Numbered from the stretch's first letter, positions 11,201 to 20,451 are shown. The stretch is DNA of 64,000 nt from an uncultured Candidatus Rokubacteria bacterium (GCA_963789955.1 CAWBMV010000015.1:128001-192000); one strand, 5' to 3'. Notes: generated by a model not told the origin, from the sequence alone. Numbers and translations: made by a program.

Positions 11201-13745
11201 GCTATCGAGTCGACGCGGCACGCTGGCCGAGCAGGTGGCGCGAGCGCAGCGACCCGACGCTGCGGCTCCGCTCGTGCTGCCACGACGGGCGGCGGTCAGG
11301 CCGACGGGGCCTCCGGCCGTGACGCCCCGGCGCCCGCGGCTCGAGCTCGACAACGGGCTGGGCGGGTTCGCCGACGACGGACGTGAGTACGTCACGGTGC
11401 TCGAGGAGGGGCGGTGGACGCCGTCGCCGTGGATCAACGTGATCGCGAACCAGGACTTCGGCTTCCAGGTCTCCGAGTCGGGTTCGGGGTACACGTGGTC
11501 GGTCAACAGCCGCGAGAATCAGCTCACCGCCTGGTCGAACGATCCGGTCAGCGATCCGCCGGGCGAGATCATCTACGTGCGGGACGACGAGACCGGGGAT
11601 CTGTGGGGGCCGACGGCGCTCCCGATCCGTGAAGAGGCCTCGCCCTACGTCATCCGGCACGGGCAGGGCTACACGCGGTTCGAGCATATCTCGCACGGTA
11701 TCTCGCTGGAGCTGCTCCAGCTGGTCCCGCTCGACGACTCCATCAAGATCTCGCGTCTCACACTGACGAACGAGTCCGGACGCCCGCGTCGGCTGTCCGT
11801 GACCGCTTACGTCGAGTGGGTTCTCGGCGCGTCGCGGCCCGCCGCCGCGCCGTTCGTCGTCACCGAGATCGACGGCAAGACGGGTGCGATGTTCGCGCGG
11901 AGCCCGTGGAGGCGCGAGTTTGGCAGACGCGTAGCCTTCGCCGACCTCCGAGGGACCCAAACGGCGTGGACCGCCGACCGGACGGAGTTTCTGGGACGCA
12001 ACGGGTCGCCGGATCATCCGGCTGCGCTCGCGGCCCGACACCGGCTCTCGGGACGCGTCGGCGCGGGCCTCGATCCGTGCGGCGCGCTGCAGGCGTCGAT
12101 CGTACTGCCGGCTCGAGGCAAGGCCGAGGTCGTGTTCTTCCTCGGCGAGGCGGCGAGCCCGGAGCAGGCGAGGGAGCTGATCGTTCGCTACCGGACTCGT
12201 GACCTGGCGGCGATTCTGCGGAGTGTGGGCGAGCGCTGGGATCAGCGGCTTGCCACCGTGCAGGTCAGGACGCCGGACCGCTCGATGGACATCCTGCTGA
12301 ACCGCTGGCTGCTGTACCAGACGCTGGCCTGTCGCGTGTGGGCGAGGTCGGCGTTCTATCAGGCGGGAGGCGCGTACGGGTTTCGCGATCAGCTTCAGGA
12401 CGTGATGGCGCTCGCCGTCGCCGAGCCCGAGCTGGCACGGCAGCACCTGCTGCGCGCGGCGGCGCGGCAATTCGAGCAGGGCGACGTCCAGCACTGGTGG
12501 CACCCGCCTGGCGGCCGCGGGGTCCGAACGCGGATTTCCGATGACCTGCTCTGGCTGCCGTACATCGTTGCCCGATATCTCGAGGTCGTCGGGGATAGCG
12601 CTGTCCTCGACGAAGTCGTCCCCTTTCTCGAAGGAGCCAAGCTCGAGGTCGGACAGCACGAGTCGTACTTCGAGCCTCGCGTTTCGGACGAGCGAGGCAC
12701 GCTCTTCGAGCATTGTGCGCGCGCGCTCGATCACAGCCTGGCGGTCGGAACCCACGGCCTGCCGCTGATCGGCACCGGGGATTGGAACGATGGGATGAAC
12801 GAGGTCGGCGCCGAAGGAAGGGGTGAGAGCGTCTGGCTCGGATGGTTCCTTCACGCCGTGCTCTCCGAATGGGCTGACCTGGCCGACGTGCGTGGGGAGG
12901 GCAAGCATGCCGAGCGATGGCGTGGGCATGTGAGCGCGCTCAAGGAGTCACTCGAACGCGAGGGCTGGGACGGCGACTGGTATCGCCGCGCGTACTTCGA
13001 CGATGGGACGCCGCTCGGCGCTTCCGGCAACGACGCATGCCGCATCGATTCGATCGCGCAGTCGTGGAGCGTCATCTCGGGGGCAGGCGATCCGGCTCGC
13101 GCCGCGCGCGCCATGGCGGCCGTCGACGAACACCTCGTGCGCCGCGCGGATGGCGTCGTCCTGCTCCTGACGCCGCCGTTCGACGGCACGGCGCTGGAGC
13201 CCGGCTACATCAAGGGATATGTGCCCGGCGTCCGAGAGAATGGCGGGCAGTACACGCACGCGGCCATCTGGGCGGCGATCGCCTTCGCGGCGCTGGGCGA
13301 CGGGGACAAGGCCGCCGAGCTCTTCGCGATGTTGAATCCGATCAATCGCGCCCGAACCGAAGCGGGTATCCAACGTTACAAAGTCGAGCCCTATGTGATC
13401 GCGGCGGACGTGTACACGGAGCCGCCGCACGTGGGTCGTGGTGGCTGGACGTGGTACACGGGTTCGGCGGGCTGGATGTATCGGGCCGGGCTCGAGTCGA
13501 TCCTCGGGTTCCGACTCCGCGGTGCGAGACTCGTGATCGATCCGTGTATCCCGCGCGCGTGGCGCGGCTTCGAGCTGGTGTTCCGCTATCGCTCCGCGCG
13601 CTACGACCTCGTCGTCGAGAACCCGCGGAGCGTCTCGCGGGGGGTGTCGTCAATCGAGGTCGAAGGCGTTCCGCTGGCCGGCGACCTCAGCATCGGGCTC
13701 GTCGATGACGGGAAGACGCATCGCGTCCGCATCGTGCTCGGCTGA
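5274..13745 (+). CDS. ndvB: Cyclic beta-1,2-glucan synthase (Cgs/NdvB/ChvB; GT84 plus C-terminal GH94 phosphorylase)
   Basis: 2823 aa; AAEWLVDNF, WMGWERKRGKL, TLDAD, LLSHDLFEG, RQHRW, SWSGSMFEYLMP, GAYGFRDQLQD, GDWNDG, RENGGQYTH, WYTGSA. Confidence 0.95.
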   Translation: MRMARPSPEDPIRAELFGIERLEQHAESLAAAQAVMKRSGRGRRLLQRVEHNGRVLRESYRVIANAIREERAITPAAEWLVDNFHVVDEQLREIRDDLPPGFYRELPKLVEGPLAGYPRVYGIAWAFVAHTDSRLDPESLRRFVRAYQRVQPLTIGELWAVAITLRVVLVENLRRLAESIVRGRAARQEADVLADELLGVGDDGAVEPTARGLARFESGRLVTAFAVQLVQRLREQDRAVTPALRWLDQRLKAQGTTSDDIVRVEHQRQAAMNVTVRNVIMSMSLMSALDWTEFFESVSLVDEVLHAGPNYAAMDFATRDAYRHAVEELGAGLRPARAGGRARGRGSRATASAGTGDARQSDPGFYLIGNGRPAFERTLGYRAPPLRRLLRLYVAAATPGYLGTIALLSGFMLAVPVLAAGASGVGPVGLLVLALLAIVPASDLAIALLNRSVTALVTPAALPRLALRDGVPPHLRTMVVVPMLLTDSAEVTEQIERLEVHYLANPSGDLRFAILSDWLDAPAESIPGDDETLGAAREGIARLNRRHGAAPDGGERFLLFHRRRLWNESERAWMGWERKRGKLHELNRLLRGASDTSFVGTGGVTPSGIRYVITLDADTRLPRGVVDRLVGTMAHSLNRPRFDIGRQRVVEGYAVLQPRVTPPLPGREGSFFQRLSSGPAGIDPYASAVSDVYQDLWEEGSYTGKGIYDLDAFEAALAGRVPDNALLSHDLFEGVFARAGLVTDVELFESAPSHYGVAAARQHRWARGDWQLLPWILGRRMPLVGRWKMLDNLRRTVSAPATFLTLVVAWLMPGTSPAIWSAFILATIAVPTLLPVLSGLLPRGRGISKRSYVRAVGRDLFLAGSQFGLTITMLTHQAWLMSDAIVRTLARVYVTRRHLLEWVTAAQAKAGLRLNLRGFCRRMGGGVALAAAAAVAVAWWRPEAWPAALLFLVLWTVSPAVARWISVPRSTEPTQPLSAADARALRLIARRTWRFFSTFVGPEDHALPPDNFQETPNPVVAHRTSPTNIGLYLLSTVAARDFGWVGTLDVVERLEATLETLRALERFRGHLYNWYDTKHCYALEPKYVSSVDSGNLAGHLIVLAHACEEMVERPRLDRAALAGIEDTALLVHQAAVAAAGDARPSPAGHGPLADALDAVADAVREPPRDSAGWVARLATLKARAQAVLNAARMLVGEDPGNAHADVLVWAEALCATVESHTRDLDLPETLVRRLAILARDARAMVGAMDFGFLFDPMRQLFAIGYRVADGSLDSGRYDLLASEARLASFVAIAKGDVPVSHWFRLGRSLTPVELDSVLVSWSGSMFEYLMPTLVMPAPAGSLLEQTSRLVVGRQISYGAERGVPWGVSESGYNARDLEMTYQYSSFGVPGIGLRRGLSEDVVIAPYATGLAAMVDPAAAVQNFRRLAAAGASGAYGFYEALDYTPPRLPDGATVAVVRAYMAHHQGMVVVAIANVVHDGAMRTRFRAEPFVLATELLLQERTPRDVAVARPRADEVQAVGDVREFVPPVVRHFDSPHGSLPRTQLLSNGRYAVMLTTAGSGYSRWRDLAVTRWREDVTRDGWGTYMFLRDVDSGESWSAGYQPRGGTPDSYEVTFSEDRAEFVRRDGAIGTTLQVIVSPEDDAEVRRVSLTNLGTKSREIEVTSYAEVVLAPPATDAAHPAFSNLSVETECVPELETLLARRRPRSRGESPPWLAHVAVVEGAAVGELQWETDRARFLGRGRGIRTPAAVIDGRPLSNTTGAVLDPIVSLRRRVRLSPGDTVRIIFSTLVAPSRAEALGLAEKYHDPATFDRAATLAWTHAQVQQHHLGIAPDEAHLFQSLASRILYSDRSLRSPAEILARQTEGPAALWAHRISGDLPIVLVGVDEPDDVGIVRQLLRAHEYWRMKRLAVDLVILNEHAPSYVQDLQELLETLVRTSQSAGPHDGHEPHGNVYILRSDRLTASQRDVLLSVARAVLSSRRGTLAEQVARAQRPDAAAPLVLPRRAAVRPTGPPAVTPRRPRLELDNGLGGFADDGREYVTVLEEGRWTPSPWINVIANQDFGFQVSESGSGYTWSVNSRENQLTAWSNDPVSDPPGEIIYVRDDETGDLWGPTALPIREEASPYVIRHGQGYTRFEHISHGISLELLQLVPLDDSIKISRLTLTNESGRPRRLSVTAYVEWVLGASRPAAAPFVVTEIDGKTGAMFARSPWRREFGRRVAFADLRGTQTAWTADRTEFLGRNGSPDHPAALAARHRLSGRVGAGLDPCGALQASIVLPARGKAEVVFFLGEAASPEQARELIVRYRTRDLAAILRSVGERWDQRLATVQVRTPDRSMDILLNRWLLYQTLACRVWARSAFYQAGGAYGFRDQLQDVMALAVAEPELARQHLLRAAARQFEQGDVQHWWHPPGGRGVRTRISDDLLWLPYIVARYLEVVGDSAVLDEVVPFLEGAKLEVGQHESYFEPRVSDERGTLFEHCARALDHSLAVGTHGLPLIGTGDWNDGMNEVGAEGRGESVWLGWFLHAVLSEWADLADVRGEGKHAERWRGHVSALKESLEREGWDGDWYRRAYFDDGTPLGASGNDACRIDSIAQSWSVISGAGDPARAARAMAAVDEHLVRRADGVVLLLTPPFDGTALEPGYIKGYVPGVRENGGQYTHAAIWAAIAFAALGDGDKAAELFAMLNPINRARTEAGIQRYKVEPYVIAADVYTEPPHVGRGGWTWYTGSAGWMYRAGLESILGFRLRGARLVIDPCIPRAWRGFELVFRYRSARYDLVVENPRSVSRGVSSIEVEGVPLAGDLSIGLVDDGKTHRVRIVLG

Positions 13746-13775
13746 GCCGGCGATCTGACAGATCGAGCGATTCGG

Positions 13776-13812
13776 TCGACATAAATAATATAACCTATAT
13801 AAAAATTATAAG
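13776..13812 (+). promoter_or_regulatory. AT-rich patch with a possible sigma70 promoter (TCGACA-16-TATAAA)
   Basis: ATAAATAATATAACCTATATAAAAATTATAA in an otherwise GC-rich context, about 60 bp upstream of the microprotein ORF. Confidence 0.5.
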
Positions 13813-13871
13813 ATGTGCAGGTCCGCAGTGTGCCGGCGCGCGGCCGGCAAGTTTCGTAGTGGAGGAATGCC

Positions 13872-14027
13872 ATGATCAGGTGCATGACGTGCCGGCGAGA
13901 GCTCAAGGACGAAGCGCAGAAATTCTGCAACGAGTGCAGTCGTGGCGTCGGCACGAAGCCCGGGCATGGCACCGCGGCGTCACCGGGAAGAACGGCTGCG
14001 CGAAGGCGGCGCCGGCGAAAGCGCTAG
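13872..14027 (+). CDS. 51-aa zinc-ribbon microprotein with poly-Arg tail (not in the ORF track)
   Basis: Hand translation MIRCMTCRRELKDEAQKFCNECSRGVGTKPGHGTAASPGRTAARRRRRRKR; GGAGGA at 13861-13866; two CxxC motifs. Confidence 0.7.
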   Translation: MIRCMTCRRELKDEAQKFCNECSRGVGTKPGHGTAASPGRTAARRRRRRKR

Positions 14028-14046
14028 GCGCCCGCGACCAGAACTC

Positions 14047-15729
14047 TCACGCCGTCAGCGCCAGCTGGTGCCCGAAGATGTAGAGCGTCGGGTGCACCTT
14101 GAAGCCCTGCACGCGCTTGTCGTGGAACGTGAAGATCGCGCGCCACACCGGCTGCACGATGGGCCCGTCGTCTTGCAGGATCTTCTCGAGCTGCACCATC
14201 AGCTCGCGGCGCGCCGTCACGTCGAGCGTGCCCTCGGCCACCGTGAGGATCCGGTCGAAGTCGGCGTTCGAGTACTTCGACTCGTTCCACGGCACGCCCG
14301 TGCGGTAGGCGAGCGCCAGGCTCATGACGCCGAGCGGGCGGTGGGCCCATGTCGTGAAGCCGAACGGCACCTTGGTCCACACCTCCCAGTACTGCGTCGA
14401 CGGCATCACGTTGATCTTCACGCGGATGCCGGCCTCCTTCCATTGCTCGACCATCGCCTGGACCGCGAGGAGCTCCCAGCCCGGCTGCGGCCGGGCGATG
14501 ATCTCGGTGTCGATCCCGTTCGGATAGCCGGCGTCGGCGAGGAGCTTCTTCGCCTTGGCCACGTCGCGCTGGAACGCCGGTAGCTTCGCGTACTCCGGAT
14601 GCACCGGGCTCACGTGATGGTGCTCGCCGACTTGCCCGAGGCCCTTGTGAGCGATCTGGAGGATCGCGTTGGAGTCGACGGCGTAGCGCAGCGCCTGGCG
14701 CACGCGCTTGTCGTCGAACGGTTTGACGGGCTGCACGCGGGCCGTGGCCGTGTACGCGGTGGTCACCTGGTACATCTGTACGTGCGGAAGCTTCTGGAGC
14801 GCGTCGAGCTGGGTGATGTCGGCGCCGTAGAGCCCGTCGACCTGCTTCGAGGCCAGTGCCGCGACCGCCGCCGCCGGATCGTCACCGAGGTCGATGAACT
14901 GGATCTCATCGAGATACGGCCCGCCGCCCCAGTAGGGCTCCTTGCGCGCCTTGAGCACCTGGCGGCGCCCAACCTCGGCCTCGACCAGCGTGAAGGCGCC
15001 GGTGCCGTTGGAGCCCACCTTGAACTCGCCGTTCTCGGCCGGGTCGAGGATCAGCAGCGGATAGTGAAAGAGCTGCTCCGGCACGGCGAGCTGCGCGGTC
15101 TTGCCGTTGAGCTTCACCGTGAACGTATCGACTTTCTGAATGGCGTTGGCGTCCCAGAGCTTCGTGGACTTCTTGGCGTTGCCCTTGTCGTCCTTCTCGC
15201 CGGTCTCGTATTCCTCGAGCAGGAAGCCCTTCATGAGGCCGAGCACCGAGGAGCCGGTCTTGGGATCGAGCACCCGCTTGAGGTTCCAGACGACGTCGTC
15301 GGCCGTGAACTGTCGGCCGTTGTGCCACTTGACGTTGCGGCGCAGCCGCAGGGTCCACGTCTTCAAGTCCGGGCTCGCCTCCCACTTCTCGACGAGCGAG
15401 GGCCGCGTGACGTTGTCGACACCGGTGGTCGTCAGATAGTCGAGGACCTGGCGCGCGGAGTTCGACGATTCGACCCAGCTGTAGGTGTGCGGGCTCTTGA
15501 GGTCCTGGCACCGCATGCCGATGCGGAGCACGCCGCCCTTCGGCAAGGTTTGCGCCGCGGCCGGCGCGACGAACGGCTCGCTGGTCACCTTGCGCGCGAA
15601 GGCATAGGCGGTCGTCGCCGACATGCCCAGCAACGCGGCGTAGCGGACGAACTCACGCCGGTCGATCAGGCGATCGGCGAGCTGGCGCTTGAGGGTGGGG
15701 ATCAGGACGTGCTCGTCAGCGTTGCGCAT
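14047..15729 (-). CDS. ABC transporter substrate-binding protein, family 5 (peptide/nickel)
   Basis: Tat-like IDRREFV; LRRNVKWHNGRQFTADDV; GTGAF; GGAGG upstream of ATG 15729. Confidence 0.9.
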   Translation of the reverse strand: MRNADEHVLIPTLKRQLADRLIDRREFVRYAALLGMSATTAYAFARKVTSEPFVAPAAAQTLPKGGVLRIGMRCQDLKSPHTYSWVESSNSARQVLDYLTTTGVDNVTRPSLVEKWEASPDLKTWTLRLRRNVKWHNGRQFTADDVVWNLKRVLDPKTGSSVLGLMKGFLLEEYETGEKDDKGNAKKSTKLWDANAIQKVDTFTVKLNGKTAQLAVPEQLFHYPLLILDPAENGEFKVGSNGTGAFTLVEAEVGRRQVLKARKEPYWGGGPYLDEIQFIDLGDDPAAAVAALASKQVDGLYGADITQLDALQKLPHVQMYQVTTAYTATARVQPVKPFDDKRVRQALRYAVDSNAILQIAHKGLGQVGEHHHVSPVHPEYAKLPAFQRDVAKAKKLLADAGYPNGIDTEIIARPQPGWELLAVQAMVEQWKEAGIRVKINVMPSTQYWEVWTKVPFGFTTWAHRPLGVMSLALAYRTGVPWNESKYSNADFDRILTVAEGTLDVTARRELMVQLEKILQDDGPIVQPVWRAIFTFHDKRVQGFKVHPTLYIFGHQLALTA

Positions 15730-15814
15730 GGTGGGTCCCTCCGTCGCCCCGCGGGGCGGCGCCAGTGTCGGTGGGTGCCGCGATCTTGTCAACCGCGCGG
15801 ACGATAGACCTGGA

Positions 15815-16627
15815 CTACGCGAGGCGGCTGTAGCCGGCCGCTTCGGCTTGTCGCTGGCGCTCGAGCATCACGTCGAACGCCGCGCCGTCCGCGGGAACGA
15901 AGCGCGCGATCAGCAGCTCGTCGAGCGTCGTCTTCAGCTCCGGCGCCGTGTGCGCGGCCAGAAGCGCCTCGGTCAGCCGCTGGCGCGTCGGCGCGTCGAC
16001 GCCGGGTGAGGCCACCAGCGGCGCACTCGGCGCCTCGACGGTCGTCGCGACCACGCGAACGCGCTTGGCGCGCTCGGCGCCGTGATGACGGAGCAGATCG
16101 AGCCCGTAGGCGTCGACGGGGCCGACATCGGCCCGGCCGTCCAGCACGGCGTCGATCACCGGAAGCTGCCGGTGCAAGGGCCCGACGACACCCGAGAAGA
16201 ACGTCGCGCGATCCGGGCGCCGATAGCCGAGCAGATGGAAGCGCGCGGCGTTGTAGCCCGAGTGCGAGTGCTCGATCGAGTACGCGATGCGGCCGCCGAA
16301 CGTGTCCTCGAGCGTGCGGTAGTCGCTGTCGGCGCGAACGACGAAATCGGTGAAGTAGATCGGCCGGCCCTGATAACGCGCGGGCGAGGGCACGGGCGCC
16401 GCCAGCAGGTGCGGGCGCTCGTCGAGCATCGCCCACGGATAGCCGCACATGAAGACGCAGCCCAGATCGTCGCGCGCCCAGAGCTTCTCGAGCGGATACG
16501 GGTCCGCAAGCTCGAGCACCTGCAGCCCGCCGCCGGAGCGCGCCGCCACCCATTCGAGCAGGCGACGCCACGCCGCCGTCAGGGTCGGAGACCAGGAGTA
16601 CATGCGAGCCGAGGCGACGGGGACCAT
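15815..16627 (-). CDS. PhnD/SsuA-like phosphate/phosphonate-binding fold protein
   Basis: FMCGYP, TLEDTFGGRIAY, SHSGY, VLDGRADVGPVD; no signal peptide seen. Confidence 0.75.
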   Translation of the reverse strand: MVPVASARMYSWSPTLTAAWRRLLEWVAARSGGGLQVLELADPYPLEKLWARDDLGCVFMCGYPWAMLDERPHLLAAPVPSPARYQGRPIYFTDFVVRADSDYRTLEDTFGGRIAYSIEHSHSGYNAARFHLLGYRRPDRATFFSGVVGPLHRQLPVIDAVLDGRADVGPVDAYGLDLLRHHGAERAKRVRVVATTVEAPSAPLVASPGVDAPTRQRLTEALLAAHTAPELKTTLDELLIARFVPADGAAFDVMLERQRQAEAAGYSRLA

Positions 16628-16662
16628 GCGACTTGCGACCCTAGCGCCGGCGCGCGCGCGAG

Positions 16663-18479
16663 TCAACCTCTCTGGAGATCGGCGAGCTCGAGCGTGCCGC
16701 GTATCCGTTCCGGTCGCCGAACGTCAACGAGCCGGCGCGACTTGCTCGAGCGGCGATTCGCGAAGGGCGACCGGCACGTCGTCGCCGGTCTGCGCATCGT
16801 GGCGTGCCGCGTGGCGGACGCGAGCACCGGCTGGGGCGTCCGGAACAGCACACCGACACCGAAGACGACGAGCGCACCGATCATCGCCCACCAGGTGAAG
16901 GAAACCTCAGGGATGGCGGCGGGGTGCTGGAACGTTGCGTCGAATCCCAGCAGCGGCGCCACGCCGTTGACGATCATGACGTCGAGCTTGCCGACGACGA
17001 CCGTCGCCAGAAGCCCGGCCGATGATCGCGATGCAGGTTGCCGGCGTCGGAGCCGCGCCGCTCGGTGAACATGCCGATGAGGAAGACGCCGAGCATCGGC
17101 CCCAGAATGAATCCGGCGATTCCGAGCACGACCGGAATGATCCGCAGATCCGGATGCGTCACCTTGGCGTAGGCGAACGCGCCGGCGATCACGATCATCA
17201 GCACGGCGAAGAGGACGGTGAACCAGCGCGCCGCCGTGACGTAGTGCGCCTCGGATCGTCCGCGCACCCAGCGCAGATACCAGTCGTTGGTGGCGCCCGT
17301 CGCCAGCGCGTTGAGCGCCGCCGAGAACGAGCCCATCGCGGTGGCGAAGATGCCGGCCAGCACCAGGCCGCGGATCCCGACGGGCATGACGTTCAGGATG
17401 TACGAGCCGAACACGTCGGCGGTCGCCGCCGGCCGGTACGTCGGATCTTGTTGGTAGTAGACGAAGAGCAGGATGCCGATGAAGACGAAGGCCGACGCGA
17501 TCGGCAGGTCCATGAACGCGGCGGTGATCAGGCTGCGGCGCGCCTTCTTGTGGGTCTCGGCGGTCAGCATTCGCTGGACCATGTCCTGATCGGTGCCGAA
17601 GGCCGCCATGTTGCCGAGCGTCGCCCCGATGAGCGCGGAGAAGAGCGTGTAGTCGCTCGCCAGGATCAGCTTGACGTAGTCCCACACGGCCATCGCCGTC
17701 AGCTGATGGCTCGCCTGCCACTGGGCGACGACGCTCGCCTCGAAGCCGTGCAGGAAGTAGCCCTCGTGCGTCGTCAGCTGCGGGACGGCGCGCACGACTT
17801 CGCTCAATCCACCGACGTGATAGAGGAGCGTGCCGATCGCGATCAGCGCGCCGCCGAACATGAGGCAGGCCTGGATCACGTCCGTCCAGATGACGGCCTT
17901 GATGCCGCCGACCGCGGTGTAGAGGCACGTGACGATCGTGAGCAGGATGATCGCGACCAGGTACGGGCCGACCGTGCTGACCGTCTGCTGGTTGAAGTGC
18001 ACCTGACCGCCCGCTACGAACATGCGATAGGCCAGCACCATCACCAGGGAAGGAATGAAGAGCCGCGTCCCCGACGCCAGGGTGCGCATGAAGAGGAAGA
18101 GCGCCGAGACATAGCCCTTCGTCAACGGCCCGAAGCGAATGCCGAGATAGTCGTAGACCGTGTAGACCTTGTAGGTGAAGTAGGGTTTGAGGAAGACGTT
18201 GCCCACGATGACCCGTCCGATGATGAGCCCCAGGACGAGCTGGACGTAGGCGAGACTCTGCTTGGTGTAGCCCTCGCCGGGCGCTCCCAGGAACGTCGCC
18301 GCGCTGGTCTCGGCGGCGATGATCGAGGCCATCACGGCCCACCACGGCACGCGCCGGCCGCCGAGCGCGAAATCGGTCAGGCTGTTCTCGCGCCGCCCCA
18401 TGTAGAGGCCGATCGCGGTGATGGCGACGAAGTAGACGAGGATGATGATTCCGTCGACGACGAGCCCGTCGAGGCCCAT
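16663..18479 (-). CDS. Sodium:solute symporter (SSS family); frameshift near 17030, 3' end uncertain
   Basis: LGGRRVPWWA, SIIAAETSAATFLG, GGIKAVIWTDVIQ, TDQDMVQR; hydrophobic C-terminus continues in another frame. Confidence 0.88.
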
Positions 18480-18512
18480 GGTTCTAAGGTATCCCAGAGG
18501 GGGCGAGGCGAC

Positions 18513-19982
18513 CTAACTGCGCGCGAAGTCGATGAAACCGCGCTCGACGTCGACGTGGACGAGCTCGACCTGCACGTGGTCGCCGACGTCGACGCCGTCG
18601 TAGCCTCGTACCAGGCGACCCTCCACGGACGGCCGAAGAATGCGCACCCACGTGCCCTTCTCGCTGGCCCCGGTCACCAGCGCGTCGAACCGCTCGCCGA
18701 TCCGCGAGGACAGCAGCAGCGCGGCGGCCGATTTCCTGACCTGCCGCTCGACCTTCGCGGCGTTGTCTTCCTGCTCGGTGCAGTGCCGCGCGAGCGAGTC
18801 GAGCTCCGCGTCGCTATACGCGGTCGGCCGGCCGGCCAGCGCCGCCTTGAGCAGCCGTTGCGTGATGAGATCTGGAAAGCGCCGGTTGGGCGCGGTGGAG
18901 TGGGTGTAGTCGCGCACCGCGAGCCCGAAGTGGCCGTTCGGCGTCTGCCCCGGCCGCTGCACCGCGTACTCGCCCGAGCCCAGGAGCTTCACGACCGAGA
19001 GCGCGAGGTCGGGAAACCGCAGCGCGTCCGCGTGCTGGCGCTTGACCAGGAACCCTTCGAGCGCGCCCGCGTCCGCCTGGGCCGGGAGGCGCTCGCCGAG
19101 CGTCGCCGCGAGCGCCACGATGCGATCCCAGCGCTCGGGCGTGCGGAGAATCCGGCGCAGCGACGGAACGCCCTTGCCCTCGAGGTACTTCGCGGTCACG
19201 CCGTTGGCCGCGATCATGAAGTCCTCGATGAGCTCCTTGGCCCGGTTCTTCTCGTCGGGCAGGAGATCGGCCAGCACGTCGCCGTTGAAGAGGGCTCGGG
19301 TCTGGATCGTTTCGAGGCTCAGCGCGCCCTGCTGGTGCCGGCGATTCTTCATCACCTGCGCGACGCGGTCTTGCACGCGCATGCGCTCGTCGAGCCCGCG
19401 CACGGCGGCGAGCGGCGGGGGTGGCGGCGCCGTCCCGTCGAGCCAGGCGGCGACGCTGTTGTAGGCGAGCTTCGCGCGATTCAGCACGACCGCGCGGTAC
19501 ACGGCGGAGTCGTTGACCGCGCCGTCCGCGCCGACCACCATCTCGATGACGATCGCCAGGCGCTTCTGGCCTTCGCCGAGCGACGTCAGGTCGGTCGAGA
19601 GCTTCTCGGGCAGCATCGGGAAGATCTGGGCCGCCGTGTACACGGACGTCGTGTTGGCCTGGGCGTGCCCGTCGATCGCCGAGTTTTTCTTCACGGTCGC
19701 ATCGACGTCGGCGACGGCGACGAAGATCTTCGCCGCGCCGCTCGCCAGGGGCTCGGCGACGGAGAGCTGGTCGAGATCGCGCGAGTCGTCGTTGTCGATC
19801 GAGGCCCAGAGAAGGCCGGTCAGATCCTTGATCGCCGGACCCGATTCGGAGGCCGGCGTCGTGATGGCGTCGGCTTCCGCCTTGGCCGCCGCCGAGAAAT
19901 CCGGCTCGAGCCCGCGCTCGGTCATCACGCGGCGGGCGATCGCCTGAAGCTCTTTACGGTTCTGGGCCGATGGCCGGCTCAT
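18513..19982 (-). CDS. RNB-domain exoribonuclease (RNase II/R family) with C-terminal S1
   Basis: SIDNDDSRDLDQ, LIEDFMIAAN, HFGLAVRDYTHSTAPNRRFPDLITQR. Confidence 0.92.
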   Translation of the reverse strand: MSRPSAQNRKELQAIARRVMTERGLEPDFSAAAKAEADAITTPASESGPAIKDLTGLLWASIDNDDSRDLDQLSVAEPLASGAAKIFVAVADVDATVKKNSAIDGHAQANTTSVYTAAQIFPMLPEKLSTDLTSLGEGQKRLAIVIEMVVGADGAVNDSAVYRAVVLNRAKLAYNSVAAWLDGTAPPPPPLAAVRGLDERMRVQDRVAQVMKNRRHQQGALSLETIQTRALFNGDVLADLLPDEKNRAKELIEDFMIAANGVTAKYLEGKGVPSLRRILRTPERWDRIVALAATLGERLPAQADAGALEGFLVKRQHADALRFPDLALSVVKLLGSGEYAVQRPGQTPNGHFGLAVRDYTHSTAPNRRFPDLITQRLLKAALAGRPTAYSDAELDSLARHCTEQEDNAAKVERQVRKSAAALLLSSRIGERFDALVTGASEKGTWVRILRPSVEGRLVRGYDGVDVGDHVQVELVHVDVERGFIDFARS

Positions 19983-20014
19983 CTCGTCGGGACAGAATAC
20001 GACGCCCGAGGGGC

Positions 20015-20043
20015 TTGACCCAAGACTCGCCTGCGCCCACCAT
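20015..20043 (+). promoter_or_regulatory. Putative sigma70 promoter TTGACC-17-CACCAT, placing the start site at about the GTG 20049
   Basis: Hexamers at 20015-20020 and 20038-20043; no SD before the GTG. Confidence 0.45.
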
Positions 20044-20048
20044 GAGCC

Positions 20049-20359
20049 GTGGTCCTCACACGGCGCGTCTTGACCGTGTTCCTGATCACGCTCCTCGTGG
20101 GCCTGGTGCCGGCGGCCTACGCGGATCCTCCTGATCCAAGCTGGATCGGCGGCTTCTGGGACGACGACGATTTCGACACGGTCGTCGCCTTCATCGCGAG
20201 CACCTTCGCGACCATCGCGCAGTCCGATGTGGACGCGCGAGCCTTGTCTCGTCTGGATCGACCGCGCCGAGCCGCGCAAGCCCGGCCTTCGTTCGATCGG
20301 CACTCCCGAGTACCAGCCGTCCGCGCGCTCCGCCCGTAGCCTCGCTCCCGCTCTGCTGA
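20049..20359 (+). CDS. Small secreted/membrane leader peptide with acidic DPPDPSW..WDDDDFD motif; probable C-terminal RAPP after one indel
   Basis: Signal-like N-terminus ending AAYA; the annotated frame stops at 20339, the adjacent frame reads ...STSRPRAPPVASLPLC* to 20359. Confidence 0.6.
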
Positions 20360-20451
20360 TCTTCGCCTGAAAGGGCCGGCGTCCAGTGGCGCGGACCCGT
20401 GTGTCCGCGTGCGCCCGCCCACGGCCTTCCGCCCACGTTCAGGAGGCGAGC

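Noticed and set aside
17022..20018. Long antisense or alternate-frame ORFs (998 aa here; also 59435-62125, 43140-45473, 40973-43213 and others)
   Set aside because: Shadow ORFs expected at high GC; Arg/Gly/Ala-rich and overlapping well-supported genes, with any real segments already assigned to frameshifted genes
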